A DNA stretch of 64,000 nucleotides, taken from positions 121,349-185,348 of the forward strand of contig JACPJO010000004.1 in assembly GCA_016187485.1 (NCBI GenBank). Reading direction: 5' to 3'. The position numbers and the translations under genes are program-made. Below are positions 47,480-56,550 of this stretch, one piece after another. The DNA comes from Candidatus Uhrbacteria bacterium (lineage in GTDB: Bacteria > Patescibacteriota > Patescibacteriia > UBA9934 > UBA10169). Each line of letters starts with the position of its first letter. Position 1 is the stretch's first letter. The notes beneath the pieces are model-generated. The model had not been told where the DNA came from and did not search any database. It saw only the letters and a list, made by a program, of their open reading frames with translations.

Positions 47480-47569
47480 ACATCATAAGATTAGATGGCA
47501 TGCCATAGATGACGGACGGCGGGAAAAAGTCTGTCATGTCTGTGATATACTGGAAAAAATCACATCTTT

Positions 47570-47863
47570 ATGACTATTCAAGAAATTCTCTCTCTAGAAA
47601 AAGAGATTTGGAAGGAGCAGAATCTCACGCTGCCAGAAATGATTATTCGTCACGGCGTCACCATGGGAGATCTGTGCCGCATCGCGCGCAGAGCTAATAA
47701 GGATAGCGCCTTACAGACGCCAGAGGAGTTACAAAAAGAGTTGGGAAATCTCATCACATCGAGCGTACGCTTCTGTGCCGATTTGGGTTTTGATCCAGAC
47801 GTGTGCGTCGAGAGATCCCTCGAGTGCCAGAGAAAATTCGTCCGCGAAAATCCACAAACATAG
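47570..47863 (+). CDS. Small MazG-like nucleotide pyrophosphohydrolase (97 aa)
   Basis: All-helical protein, with ...TPEELQKELGNLITSSVRFCADLGFDP... resembling the EExGD(L/V) metal site of MazG/HisE-like NTP-PPases. Weak. Confidence 0.4.
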   Translation: MTIQEILSLEKEIWKEQNLTLPEMIIRHGVTMGDLCRIARRANKDSALQTPEELQKELGNLITSSVRFCADLGFDPDVCVERSLECQRKFVRENPQT

Positions 47864-47931
47864 GCCATAAAAGCAAGAACGCACCCGGCGGGCGTAGACC
47901 GAGTGGTCTTGCACCGCGCGAGCGCGCAGAT

Positions 47932-48285
47932 TTAGGTTGGGGGAACCCAGATGCCGGTACGGAGGTACTGGTAGCCCTTGACGTAGGCATGAGCCCGCAT
48001 CATCCACAGGTGGGCATACTTGAAGAGGGCACTCGAGAAAAAAACGGTGGCCCAGTAGTACGTGAACGGCTCGTCGGTAAGCTCCACGCCGTAGAAGATG
48101 GCCGTCGTCCCGTAGTAGGAGTCGTGCCCGAATTGTCCGATCCCGATGTGGCTTCCCGTGAAGAGGTCCACGAGCGGGAGAGCGAAGGCGAACCACGCCA
48201 ACATGACGAAGATGCTCGCGCCGAAGACGAGCCACCACCAGCGTGATCCGCTGGTACGGTTCACGGCCTTTTGAAGAACGTCCAA
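47932..48285 (-). CDS. Hypothetical aromatic-rich membrane protein (117 aa)
   Basis: Two hydrophobic helices (WWWLVFGASIFVMLAWFAFALPLV; YYWATVFFSSALF). The overlapping plus ORF 47803..48246 is a charged, low-complexity shadow. Confidence 0.4.
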   Translation of the reverse strand: MDVLQKAVNRTSGSRWWWLVFGASIFVMLAWFAFALPLVDLFTGSHIGIGQFGHDSYYGTTAIFYGVELTDEPFTYYWATVFFSSALFKYAHLWMMRAHAYVKGYQYLRTGIWVPPT

Positions 48286-48551
48286 GCTTCCTCCTCGCGG
48301 TTTTACCGCTGTGTGAGTTTCTCGCCGAAGTGGCGAGAAGTACTCCTAAAATAACAAAAAGTGAGCATTTTGTCAATGCTTCGCGTGCTTTTGTGGGCAT
48401 TTCAACTAACGAGAACTCATATCAAAAACACTCTTTGGTCGTTTCGGATCAAACGACATCTGAAACGCCTTCAAAGCTATTTTTGATATGAGCTCTAACT
48501 AGCTCTTGCGTCTACGCTCAATTGCTTCCCTGCTCCGAAATCCGTTCATGA

Positions 48552-48584
48552 CCCGACTAGTGATCCGGCCGGATCACTAGTCGG
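48552..48584. promoter_or_regulatory. Perfect 32-bp palindrome CCGACTAGTGATCCGG|CCGGATCACTAGTCGG at the 3' end of the wHTH-Cas2-like gene
   Basis: Read directly. It overlaps the gene's stop codon. Confidence 0.6.
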
Positions 48585-49107
48585 ATTGCTTAGCAATGTA
48601 AACCCGGATCCAATCTCCCGCTCCTGCCATCTTAATGAGCTGTGAAAGTGGTTTGGCAATATCAAAATTCGACGCCCAAACACTCTGTTGTATAGGAATA
48701 AAACCTATGGAGGACAAAAATCTTCGCCATTGAAGTCGCAAAGGCCGTAAACTTTCTGGAATATCAAACACGACGAGGCAATCGGTATCCTCGGGTAAAG
48801 TGGCTGCGAAATGCAGCTGGAGGCGGACGTACTCAAAAAGGCCTTTCTGTGTCAGTGCTGCCTCAAAAATTCCAGCTTTTTCTCGCAGCTTCAAAAGCTT
48901 TTGCTTTTTCAGTTGGTGCAACGCGTTGATTTTTTGTCTTTTTGCCAGATCGAGACGCATTCTCTCAAGATCAAACTGATAATACCAAAGAGCTTTTCTC
49001 CCTCGATACGTCTGTATATGCTCAAGTGTCATATACAAATTTCCAAACGCTTCAAGAAGTTTTGAAACGCTTGAATTTTGACGGAGAGGTCTTTCAAAAC
49101 TTTTCAT
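48577..49107 (-). CDS. wHTH + Cas2/VapD-like domain fusion protein (176 aa)
   Basis: N-terminal helix-rich wHTH-like region (..SKLLEAFGNLYMTLEHIQTYRGRKALWYYQFDL..). The C-terminal LVVFDIPESLRPLRLQWRRFLSSIGFIPIQQSVWAS...DWIRVYIA follows the Cas2 beta1-alpha1-beta2...beta4 pattern (VVYDI..R+..L...G.RVQ.SVF...DSVRIY). The architecture is like PaaX-type regulators. Inference from motif inspection only. Confidence 0.55.
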   Translation of the reverse strand: MKSFERPLRQNSSVSKLLEAFGNLYMTLEHIQTYRGRKALWYYQFDLERMRLDLAKRQKINALHQLKKQKLLKLREKAGIFEAALTQKGLFEYVRLQLHFAATLPEDTDCLVVFDIPESLRPLRLQWRRFLSSIGFIPIQQSVWASNFDIAKPLSQLIKMAGAGDWIRVYIAKQSD

Positions 49108-49117
49108 AGCGGTTTGA

Positions 49118-49143
49118 TTAGTGATCCGGCTGGATCACTAGAG
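49118..49143. promoter_or_regulatory. Near-perfect palindrome TAGTGATCCggctGGATCACTA 11 nt upstream of the wHTH-Cas2-like start
   Basis: Read directly. The 9-bp arms are identical to those of the palindrome at 48552. Confidence 0.6.
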
Positions 49144-49236
49144 ATCCAAAAATTTTCGAGCGCCGCCAGATCTCTGACATCTTTATCGTAATGGTGGGTG
49201 GGGACACCAACAGAGCGGGCGCTTTTGACAGCCTCT

Positions 49237-49863
49237 TCAGATTCCTGCACTTTCGAGAGACTTTTTTATTTCCTCAAATATCAACAAGTGGCCTTTAGCA
49301 TTGGGATGCAGGCCATCATCCGTTAGATCGCGCAGATCGCTCCGCGCTTCTAGCACAGAAAATATTTCGATAAACGGCACGTGCTCCGCCTGACAAACCT
49401 CTTTGGCAATACGTTCGTACATTTTTATGCGCTCATTGAGAAAGAAGATATAACCCTTCCACGGATTACAAACATCCTCCACAACAGGGCTATCGCCAAC
49501 CCATAAAACATGCCCCGTAAGTTCTTTCGCTAGGGTAAGGATTCTCAAGACATTCTCACGGTACTCATCCTCTGGAACCTTTGAGACATCGTCCTCTACC
49601 CGTGCGTCATTTCCCCCAAGACTAATGAACATCGTCCACTCTTTCTTTGGTTTTCCGCGGAGACGCACACGTGTTTCTGACTCCATCCGTCCGAGAACAT
49701 CACGCGTTGTATCTCCCGAAATAGCAAGGTTGTGAAAATGGCAACGCTTCTCTTTTGTATCGAGCCACTGGCGCAAACGTCCAGCCCAGCCGCCGTGCTC
49801 ATAATCAGTCTGCCCAAAAGCCGTGCTCATGCCAAATAAAAGATAGCGCATACCGTCACCCAA
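49237..49863 (-). CDS. SGNH/GDSL-family hydrolase
   Basis: Block III/V motifs ...FISLGGNDA... and C-terminal ...DDGLHPNAKGH... (DxxH). Confidence 0.75.
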   Translation of the reverse strand: MGDGMRYLLFGMSTAFGQTDYEHGGWAGRLRQWLDTKEKRCHFHNLAISGDTTRDVLGRMESETRVRLRGKPKKEWTMFISLGGNDARVEDDVSKVPEDEYRENVLRILTLAKELTGHVLWVGDSPVVEDVCNPWKGYIFFLNERIKMYERIAKEVCQAEHVPFIEIFSVLEARSDLRDLTDDGLHPNAKGHLLIFEEIKKSLESAGI

Positions 49864-50437
49864 GAATCAATTTCTTCAATTCGGCCATTTTGTTCGCATC
49901 CAATTTGGCCTCCAAGAGTTTTACTCGTAACTCCTTCTCTTCAAAGTTTGGGTCCACAGCTCTCTGTACAAACTCATCGAAGGTCACAAAATCGAGATCG
50001 ATCTTTTCTCCACCGTCGAGATCTTGTTCTGTAACCTTGCGACACCCCCGAGCAATGAAAATATAAACCGCCCACTCGATTTTGCTTACAGGTTGGTGTG
50101 CATCAAGCAGAATCCAATCGGCTGCTTCATATCCAGATTCTTCAAGCAGCTCACGCTTGGCGGCTTCTATCGGACTTTCCCCTTCATCAACTCTTCCGCC
50201 AAAAGTGCCGACAAACACATCTTGACCAGGCTGCTGTTGCCGGCAGAGGATAATCTTGCCATCTTCCGTCACAGGGACGACAAGCACGGTATCTGGTCTA
50301 CGAAGCTTTTCAAACATCGTCCGAGAGCCATCAAACAACTCCTGTTCCCATTGATAAACATCAAAAATGACGCCCTTGAAAACCCTGGTGGCATTTTCAG
50401 GAATCGGTTGCTTCGATTGCGGTTTTGCGATATGCAT
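49856..50437 (-). CDS. NUDIX hydrolase (ADP-ribose pyrophosphatase-like)
   Basis: Nudix box GGRVDEGESPIEAAKRELLEESG. Confidence 0.8.
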   Translation of the reverse strand: MHIAKPQSKQPIPENATRVFKGVIFDVYQWEQELFDGSRTMFEKLRRPDTVLVVPVTEDGKIILCRQQQPGQDVFVGTFGGRVDEGESPIEAAKRELLEESGYEAADWILLDAHQPVSKIEWAVYIFIARGCRKVTEQDLDGGEKIDLDFVTFDEFVQRAVDPNFEEKELRVKLLEAKLDANKMAELKKLILG

Positions 50438-50552
50438 AGGTACCCAACGTCATTCCCGCGTAGAGTATCACACTCCCAGTAAACGCCTAAAACACAAAAA
50501 GGGGTCAGGTCTTGAATTTTGAATTTTAAAAAGTCGACGTTATCTGGATATA

Positions 50553-50585
50553 CAAAAAGCCACCAGCAATGCTGGCGGCCTTTTT
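50553..50585. terminator. Bidirectional rho-independent terminator (AAAAA-GCCACCAGCaatGCTGGCGGC-CTTTTT)
   Basis: 9-bp stem flanked by an A-run and a T-run. It lies immediately 3' of tRNA-Glu on the minus strand. Confidence 0.5.
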
Positions 50586-50659
50586 GGTGACCCCACCGGG
50601 AATCGAACCCGGATTACAGGCTTGAAAAGCCCGTGTCCTAACCATTAGACGATGGGGCC
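50585..50659 (-). tRNA. tRNA-Glu (anticodon TTC)
   Basis: GGCCCCATCGTCTAATGGTTAGGACACGGGCTTTTCAAGCCTGTAATCCGGGTTCGATTCCCGGTGGGGTCACCA. Glu-type D-loop, anticodon loop TTTTCAA. Confidence 0.85.
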
Positions 50660-50817
50660 GTTAATATGGCGCGAAGAATCTATCATATTAGTATGGGCAA
50701 ATCAAGACAAAATCAGCAAATTCAAAATTCAAGACCTGACCCCAATTCGATTCCATTTAAATAAGTACTCATCGGGTGTATATACATCATGGGTAAATTA
50801 AGCCCTCCAGCAACGGT

Positions 50818-51453
50818 ATGCAAACAACTCCGTTTCCTCCTCCCCTTATCATGGCACACCGTGGCGGACGATTTTGGACCGCCAGTAACTTTTCTTATAT
50901 CGACGAGGCGCGTGAGAGCGGCGCCGATATTGTGGAACTCGATGTTCGCGCGCGCGGCACGGAGCTCATTGTGCAGCATGACATGCGTTCGTCCTATCAA
51001 GGCGTCCTTCGTGATGCGCTTGCGCGATGCGAGGGAGCAGATGTCTTTCTCGATGTAAAGGATCGCGGAGTCGATATCTGGAGGCTACTCGACCTCGTGA
51101 AGTTATCGAATGTACATTCTTTTATCGTCGGTTCTTTTTATGCGTCGGTACTCCGCCCACTCGTCGGAGGAGGCACAACGCTCGCGTTCTCTCATATCGG
51201 AATCCCCGCGCCCATCCCCCCCGCAGTAGCTTCAGGCGCCACATGGCTATCTGTCCCGTGCTGGCGATTCACTCCTGGGTTAGTGCAAAAGTGTCGGGAA
51301 CAAAACATCAAACTGTCTCCCTGGGGAAATTTTCAAAAAAATGCCTCTGAGAGAAGCCAACTTCGATGTGCCATGCTCGGCGCACACTCTATCGCCACAT
51401 ACGACGTCAGGCACCTGCGCGAAATAATGAAACAACAAGGGATTCTCTCGTAG
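50818..51453 (+). CDS. Glycerophosphodiester phosphodiesterase family protein
   Basis: IMAHRGG...ADIVELDVRARGTELIVQHD (GDPD HR(G)...E.D..H.D catalytic pattern). Confidence 0.65.
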   Translation: MQTTPFPPPLIMAHRGGRFWTASNFSYIDEARESGADIVELDVRARGTELIVQHDMRSSYQGVLRDALARCEGADVFLDVKDRGVDIWRLLDLVKLSNVHSFIVGSFYASVLRPLVGGGTTLAFSHIGIPAPIPPAVASGATWLSVPCWRFTPGLVQKCREQNIKLSPWGNFQKNASERSQLRCAMLGAHSIATYDVRHLREIMKQQGILS

Positions 51454-51503
51454 GCGCTCCTTAGGGCGCTTTCCGTTTTGTGTTATGCTGTGGCCAACCA
51501 TTT

Positions 51504-52262
51504 ATGAAATCCAAAAAACGCACACCCGTCATCCTCCCCGCCCTCTCTTTTCTTTTCGCTCTCGCGGCCCTCGCCATCGCCCTTTACGGTCTGTGGCGCC
51601 CCACAACGCAGGAACCAGTGGCTCAAGTTATCCAAACAGAAACACCGGAGCCGACCGCCAAGCCCGCGAACATATCCCGCAAGCCGGAAGACCTTCCGGA
51701 GGGAATCTATTACGAAGGTGCATATGAGGAATGGGGACGCGCCACCGATGTCACATCGCGTTTTGCCACAATGGAAGAACTCGGATTTACGTTCACCGCG
51801 CCGGCATCGTGGGGCGAGGCCGTTTTCACTTTTCAGCCGGGACGCATCTTTGCTGGCGGTGGCACCTACAGCGGGAACTTTCTCAGTACCAGCGTGCAAT
51901 TCTCCGCGCTCGTTCCACGCTATGTGGAAGGTCGGGAAGGGTATATAGGAGATGCTCTCGGATACGAAAAGCGAGAAGACGGGTACGTCCTCAAATGGAT
52001 TCCAAGCGCAGACAAACTATTCCCGGTGATCCCCGTTCCCGCCGATCAGGTCGTGGATGAAATCAAAACGAAAAATGGGTCCGCCCTCGTCATTCGTGGA
52101 AAAGCCACCGAGGATATGTCCTTCTTTCCCACCGACCCACGCGAGCGCGTCGCAATCTTCAATATTTCAAATGGGGCAACACCGGCGGGAGTCTTTTTCG
52201 CAGCCCCTGATGTTCCGGCCATCGAATTTCGCGCGTTCCTCGAGAGCCTTGAAACAAAATAA
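51504..52262 (+). CDS. Hypothetical membrane-anchored extracytoplasmic protein
   Basis: Start at MKSKKRTPVILPALSFLFALAALAIALYGLW (signal-anchor). No recognisable domain. Confidence 0.45.
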   Translation: MKSKKRTPVILPALSFLFALAALAIALYGLWRPTTQEPVAQVIQTETPEPTAKPANISRKPEDLPEGIYYEGAYEEWGRATDVTSRFATMEELGFTFTAPASWGEAVFTFQPGRIFAGGGTYSGNFLSTSVQFSALVPRYVEGREGYIGDALGYEKREDGYVLKWIPSADKLFPVIPVPADQVVDEIKTKNGSALVIRGKATEDMSFFPTDPRERVAIFNISNGATPAGVFFAAPDVPAIEFRAFLESLETK

Positions 52263-52274
52263 CTGCTATACTAG

Positions 52275-52715
52275 GTGGGTATGCCGCGAGCAAAATCTCT
52301 CTCCCCTCTTTCCCTGGTCGCCGAAGACGTGCCCTATTTTGACGTGAAGGCTGCAACGGACCAGCCGGCGTGGAGCGTAGACGAAGAAGGAGAGCTGGCC
52401 CTCGATGTCATGGAAACACCAAACGACGTAGTCGTGCGCTCTGCCATTGCCGGCGTGCATCCCAAAGACCTCGCCATCCACGTCACCGAGGACACCCTCA
52501 CAATCCGTGGCACGCGCGAATATCACGAGGAACACCACATCATCACCACTCACGTACAGGAATGCCACTGGGGGGCTTTCTCTCGCACCGTCGTCTTGCC
52601 GCACACCGTACGCGCCGACGATGCCATTGCCACCATTAAAGGCGGTGTGCTTACCATCATTCTGCCAAAAAGCCGTCACGACGGCCGGGTTCCTATTCAC
52701 CCTCTTGAGCCATGA
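52275..52715 (+). CDS. Hsp20/alpha-crystallin family small heat-shock protein
   Basis: ...LALDVMETPNDVVVRSAIAGVHPKDLAIHVTEDTLTIRG...GAFSRTVVLP...AIATIKGGVLTIILPK (ACD core and the conserved G-x-L motif). Confidence 0.85.
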   Translation: MGMPRAKSLSPLSLVAEDVPYFDVKAATDQPAWSVDEEGELALDVMETPNDVVVRSAIAGVHPKDLAIHVTEDTLTIRGTREYHEEHHIITTHVQECHWGAFSRTVVLPHTVRADDAIATIKGGVLTIILPKSRHDGRVPIHPLEP

Positions 52716-54598
52716 TCCCCCCTCTCCCCCTACCACAGGAACCATCCAAACATCTGCGCGCACTTTTCCTTGCGGCGCTTTTTGTATTGATTTTCTTGGG
52801 AGTCTCTTCCGCCCTCGCCTCCACCTACCGCGGTCGCGTGTACCCTGGCGTACGCATAGGATCGCTTGCCGTCGGAGGAATGACCCCTGCGGAAGTTCGC
52901 TCTGCCCTCACGGAACGCGTTGAGCGTATCGTTGCTCAGGGTATTGAGGTGCAGGTCAAAGAAACACGTTCTCATCTCTCGCTTGAAAACATTTCTCAAC
53001 AAGACCCGGATCTTTCCCGCACGCTTGTTTCTGCCAACGTTGACGCCGTCATGGAGATGGCCCTGCAGAAGGGTCGCGGCCACAATAGTTTTATGAACAT
53101 CCTGTTGGCTTTGGTGCCGCTTGTTGAACGTCCACGCATCGTCGTACCCGTAGCGCTCGATGCAGAAGAGCTGTCCGCCCGCCTTGCGGAATCTTTCCCT
53201 GCTTTTCACGAACCTGCTGCTCCCACGCGCTTTGCCATCAACAAAGAAGGAACGGCATGGAACATCCAGATTGTACCAGGAGAAGATCGACAGCAGCTTT
53301 CCGCCAAAGTGATTTTGGACCGTTTGATGCTGGCCGTCTCCACGCTCGATGCCGCATGGCTAGCAACACCCGTCGAAGTCCCCCTCGTCACAGTGAAACC
53401 ACGCGTGTCTCCCGATGAGGCGCGCCTTCTTATTCCCGAGGCCGATGCCACTCTTGCCCGGGCACCCTATCATCTCCGTTACACAAGTCCCGATAGGGAA
53501 GAATTCGCTTGGGAGCTCTCTGCGGAGCGGCTTGCTTCCATGCTTCTCCCCACCCCTTCGGGAGTAGATTTGGAAGAAGGAGCACTCGAAGATTTCCTCG
53601 ACACGATGGCGCGTGAGGTAAACATTACCGCCGAAGATGCGCGAATGGAGTTTGACGGCGTGCGTGTAAAAGAGTTCCGTCCATCGCGCGAGGGCCGCGA
53701 ACTCGACCGAGATGAAACCCGCGGCATCGTCCGTCGTCTTGTAGGGTACGCGCGTGACGGATCCGCATTCGTGGTCGTGCGTATGACACAACCCACAACC
53801 GACGTGGAGGACGTAAATACTTTGGGGATCAAAGAGGTCCTCGGCACGGGAATCTCCTCCTATGCGGGTAGCCCCGGTAATCGCATAAAAAATATCGCAA
53901 ACGGCGCCCGACTCCTAAACGGCATCCTTATTGCACCGGGCGAAACATTCTCCCTGCTCTCTGCCTTACGCCCCTTTAACACAGAAAACGGGTATCTGCC
54001 GGAACTCGTTATCAAGGGCGACCGCATCATTCCAGAAATCGGCGGCGGGCTTTGCCAAATTGGCACGACCACCTTCCGCGCCGTCATGAATTCTGGTCTC
54101 CCTATTGTGGCACGACAGAATCACTCTCTTGTCGTCACGTACTACAACGACCCCGCCAATGGCAACCCGGGCACAGACGCGACCATCTACGATCCGTGGC
54201 CTGATTTTAAATTTTTAAACGATACGGGAAATTACCTTTTGTTCGTCACCGAGAACGATGTGACAAAAAAAGAACTACGCTTCTCTTTTTGGGGAACGCG
54301 GGACGGCCGAAAAGGTTCTTATTCCCCCCCCATCGTGGAAAAATGGATCCCCGCAGGAGCTACACGAGAAATCAAAACCACCGACCTCGCTCCCGGCGTT
54401 CGTCAATGTCAGAGTGCGCACCCAGGCGCCGTGGCCTCCTTCGTCTATACAGTGGAAAAGCCCGACGGGACAAAAGAAGACCGCACCTTCACCTCTTCAT
54501 ATCGTCCGTTGCCAACCATTTGTTTGGTCGGTGTGGAAAAAACCGACATACCTCCCCTTTCCCCCTACATCACTCCAGAAGTCATCCCCACAGAATGA
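52712..54598 (+). CDS. VanW-family protein (N-terminal TM anchor, PG-binding-like region, C-terminal VanW domain)
   Basis: VanW signature ...IIPEIGGGLCQIGTTTFRAVMNSGLPIVARQNHS.... Confidence 0.8.
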   Translation: MIPPLPLPQEPSKHLRALFLAALFVLIFLGVSSALASTYRGRVYPGVRIGSLAVGGMTPAEVRSALTERVERIVAQGIEVQVKETRSHLSLENISQQDPDLSRTLVSANVDAVMEMALQKGRGHNSFMNILLALVPLVERPRIVVPVALDAEELSARLAESFPAFHEPAAPTRFAINKEGTAWNIQIVPGEDRQQLSAKVILDRLMLAVSTLDAAWLATPVEVPLVTVKPRVSPDEARLLIPEADATLARAPYHLRYTSPDREEFAWELSAERLASMLLPTPSGVDLEEGALEDFLDTMAREVNITAEDARMEFDGVRVKEFRPSREGRELDRDETRGIVRRLVGYARDGSAFVVVRMTQPTTDVEDVNTLGIKEVLGTGISSYAGSPGNRIKNIANGARLLNGILIAPGETFSLLSALRPFNTENGYLPELVIKGDRIIPEIGGGLCQIGTTTFRAVMNSGLPIVARQNHSLVVTYYNDPANGNPGTDATIYDPWPDFKFLNDTGNYLLFVTENDVTKKELRFSFWGTRDGRKGSYSPPIVEKWIPAGATREIKTTDLAPGVRQCQSAHPGAVASFVYTVEKPDGTKEDRTFTSSYRPLPTICLVGVEKTDIPPLSPYITPEVIPTE

Positions 54599-54827
54599 GT
54601 TATCCCCTTCCCACCAAAAAAGGAACCGCGTAGGATGCAAGTGGACTTGCGGCGCGATTGGCCTCGGTCAAACGCGCACGAAAGTTTTTCAAACAAAAAC
54701 AAAAAACCGTTTCTCGCGGGAAGCTGCAGGCAAGAAGATTCATCATGTGGAAGAATCGAGCCGAGGCCTGATTTTTCCATAGATCAATCCCCATGCTTGT
54801 CGTGCCTGCAGTTTCCCAAGAGAAACA

Positions 54828-54868
54828 GCAAAGGAGGAGCGAAATCGCTCCTCCCTTTGTTTTTGTTT
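54828..54868. terminator. Strong terminator hairpin AAAGGAGGAGCGaaatCGCTCCTCCCTTT + GTTTTTGTTTG between convergent vanW and clpP
   Basis: 13-bp stem and T-tract on the plus strand. The minus strand has a moderately U-rich tail. Confidence 0.55.
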
Positions 54869-54916
54869 GAATGAACAAGGCATGCTAACACGCCCGGCAC
54901 TCTGTGTCAATAGCCC

Positions 54917-55510
54917 CTACTTCGCACGAATGACTTTATCAATAATGCCGTAGCGAAGAGCTTCGGCGGGGTCCATAAAGTTGTCGCGGTCTGTATCCTT
55001 ATCGACCTGCGTTTTGGACTGCCCCGTGTGCTTGGCAAGAATCATGGAAAGATTGTCCTTCACCTTCAAAATGCGCTCCGCATGAATCTTAATGTCTGTC
55101 GCCTGCCCTTGCATACCACCGAGCACTTGGTGAATCATAATCTCGGCGTTTGGAAGAGCGAAGCGTTTGCCCGCGGCACCTGCCGAAAGAAGTACCGCGC
55201 CCATCGAAGCGGCGAGTCCCACGCAGATCGTCGAGACATCCGGCTTCACGTATTGCATCGCGTCATAAATTGCGAGGCCAGATGTCACAGAACCCCCCGG
55301 AGAATTGATATAGATCTTGATGTCCTTTTCTTTATCCTGACTTTCCAGGAATAACAGCTGTGCGATCACCGTATTCGCGACATCATCATCAATCGCCGTT
55401 CCAAGAAAGATGATACGGTCAATGAGGAGGCGCGAATAAATATCGTACGCGCGTTCCCCAAGATGCGTTTTTTCAATGACGGTAGGAATGAGAAATTGGT
55501 TGGTTGGCAT
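54917..55510 (-). CDS. clpP: ATP-dependent Clp protease proteolytic subunit
   Basis: ...[28 protein letters not shown]...[13 protein letters not shown]... (Ser-His-Asp triad context). Confidence 0.95.
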   Translation of the reverse strand: MPTNQFLIPTVIEKTHLGERAYDIYSRLLIDRIIFLGTAIDDDVANTVIAQLLFLESQDKEKDIKIYINSPGGSVTSGLAIYDAMQYVKPDVSTICVGLAASMGAVLLSAGAAGKRFALPNAEIMIHQVLGGMQGQATDIKIHAERILKVKDNLSMILAKHTGQSKTQVDKDTDRDNFMDPAEALRYGIIDKVIRAK

Positions 55511-55554
55511 AGTGGGGGAAGTATAGCAAACGTTCGGGTGTGACGGGTAGCGAT

Positions 55555-56550
55555 TTAGAAATACGAAATGAGGGGGACGTGATTACCGGCGGCATCCACA
55601 AGAAACATATCTTCGCCCTCTTGTGCCACCGAAGCCCCCGCAACACTGAAGCCGGCAGCCTTTATATGCCCGCCTCCGCCGTGACGACTGGCGATCTCCG
55701 CCACATTGCGGGTCGTGCCACGCAGACTCGCTTTTACGCTCCCGTCTTGCTTTTCCACGAGTACGCAAATCATGGGCGCCCCGTGAACAAGGCTCGTCAA
55801 AAAATTAGCGAGAGACGACGTATCCAAGTCGAGATCCTCATCTTTGGGAACGTCCTCGCGCTTGAGGTACGTCACCACCGTGCCGTCGGGAAGTTTCTGC
55901 AAACGCTCCATACACGTCCCCCACACACGAAGAAGCGAGACGGGTTTATTAGCGTACATGGCGCGCACGACGTCGTGTACACGCGCACCTAGCCGTCCAA
56001 GTTCCGCTGCCGCCTCCAGACACACGACGTTCGTCGCATCGTTGCTGAAAAAAGTGGTGTCCGTGCAAATTGCCGTGAGCAAACACGTCGCGGATTCGTG
56101 TGAGAGAGCAACACGGTTCTTTTTGAGAAACTGCCATACAACCTCCCCCGTAGAGGAAGCCTCGGGTATGAGTAAATTGAGATCGCCGTAGCGCGGATTC
56201 GTTACGTGATGGTCGAAAGAGATAAGGAACGGGTGATGCGGGACATGGGAACGGAACTCCACAACGTGGTCCCCATCGGCACAATCAAAGGAGAGGATAA
56301 GGTCAATCGTCGAGTCGTGCAGCGCGACTGTATCAAAAGTGATTTCCCGGATACCTGGAAGAAAATTGAAAGCTTCAGAAATCGGCATAGGAGAAATATG
56401 CGTCACCCGTTTATGAAGCCTCCGAAGAACCTGGGCCACGGCAAGCGAGGAGCCCATCGTGTCCCCATCGATGCGCACATCGTTAACGATCAAGACGTGC
56501 TTGGCCGCCTGTATACGCTCCCATGCCTGTTGTGCGCGCCGTTCGTCCAT
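55555..56550 (-). CDS. DHH/DHHA1 phosphoesterase, NrnA-like (nanoRNase/pAp phosphatase). Start placed at [10 protein letters not shown]...; the ORF track extends to 56658.
   Basis: DHH motifs: [24 protein letters not shown] (DHH), and DHHA1 [13 protein letters not shown]. Confidence 0.8.
   Translation of the reverse strand: MDERRAQQAWERIQAAKHVLIVNDVRIDGDTMGSSLAVAQVLRRLHKRVTHISPMPISEAFNFLPGIREITFDTVALHDSTIDLILSFDCADGDHVVEFRSHVPHHPFLISFDHHVTNPRYGDLNLLIPEASSTGEVVWQFLKKNRVALSHESATCLLTAICTDTTFFSNDATNVVCLEAAAELGRLGARVHDVVRAMYANKPVSLLRVWGTCMERLQKLPDGTVVTYLKREDVPKDEDLDLDTSSLANFLTSLVHGAPMICVLVEKQDGSVKASLRGTTRNVAEIASRHGGGGHIKAAGFSVAGASVAQEGEDMFLVDAAGNHVPLISYF

Larger units (their letters stand above)
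50501..50743. repeat. 26-bp perfect inverted repeat pair (GGGGTCAGGTCTTGAATTTTGAATTT at 50501-50526; its reverse complement at 50718-50743) enclosing a tRNA-Glu transcription unit
   Basis: Read directly. The arms are 191 bp apart. The interior holds a promoter-like TTGTCT-17-TATGAT, tRNA-Glu and a bidirectional terminator. Confidence 0.7.

Noticed and set aside
54635-54874. 79-aa ORF in the vanW-clpP intergenic region
   Set aside because: It has no RBS and biased composition, and it spans the terminator hairpin. The region is more plausibly non-coding.
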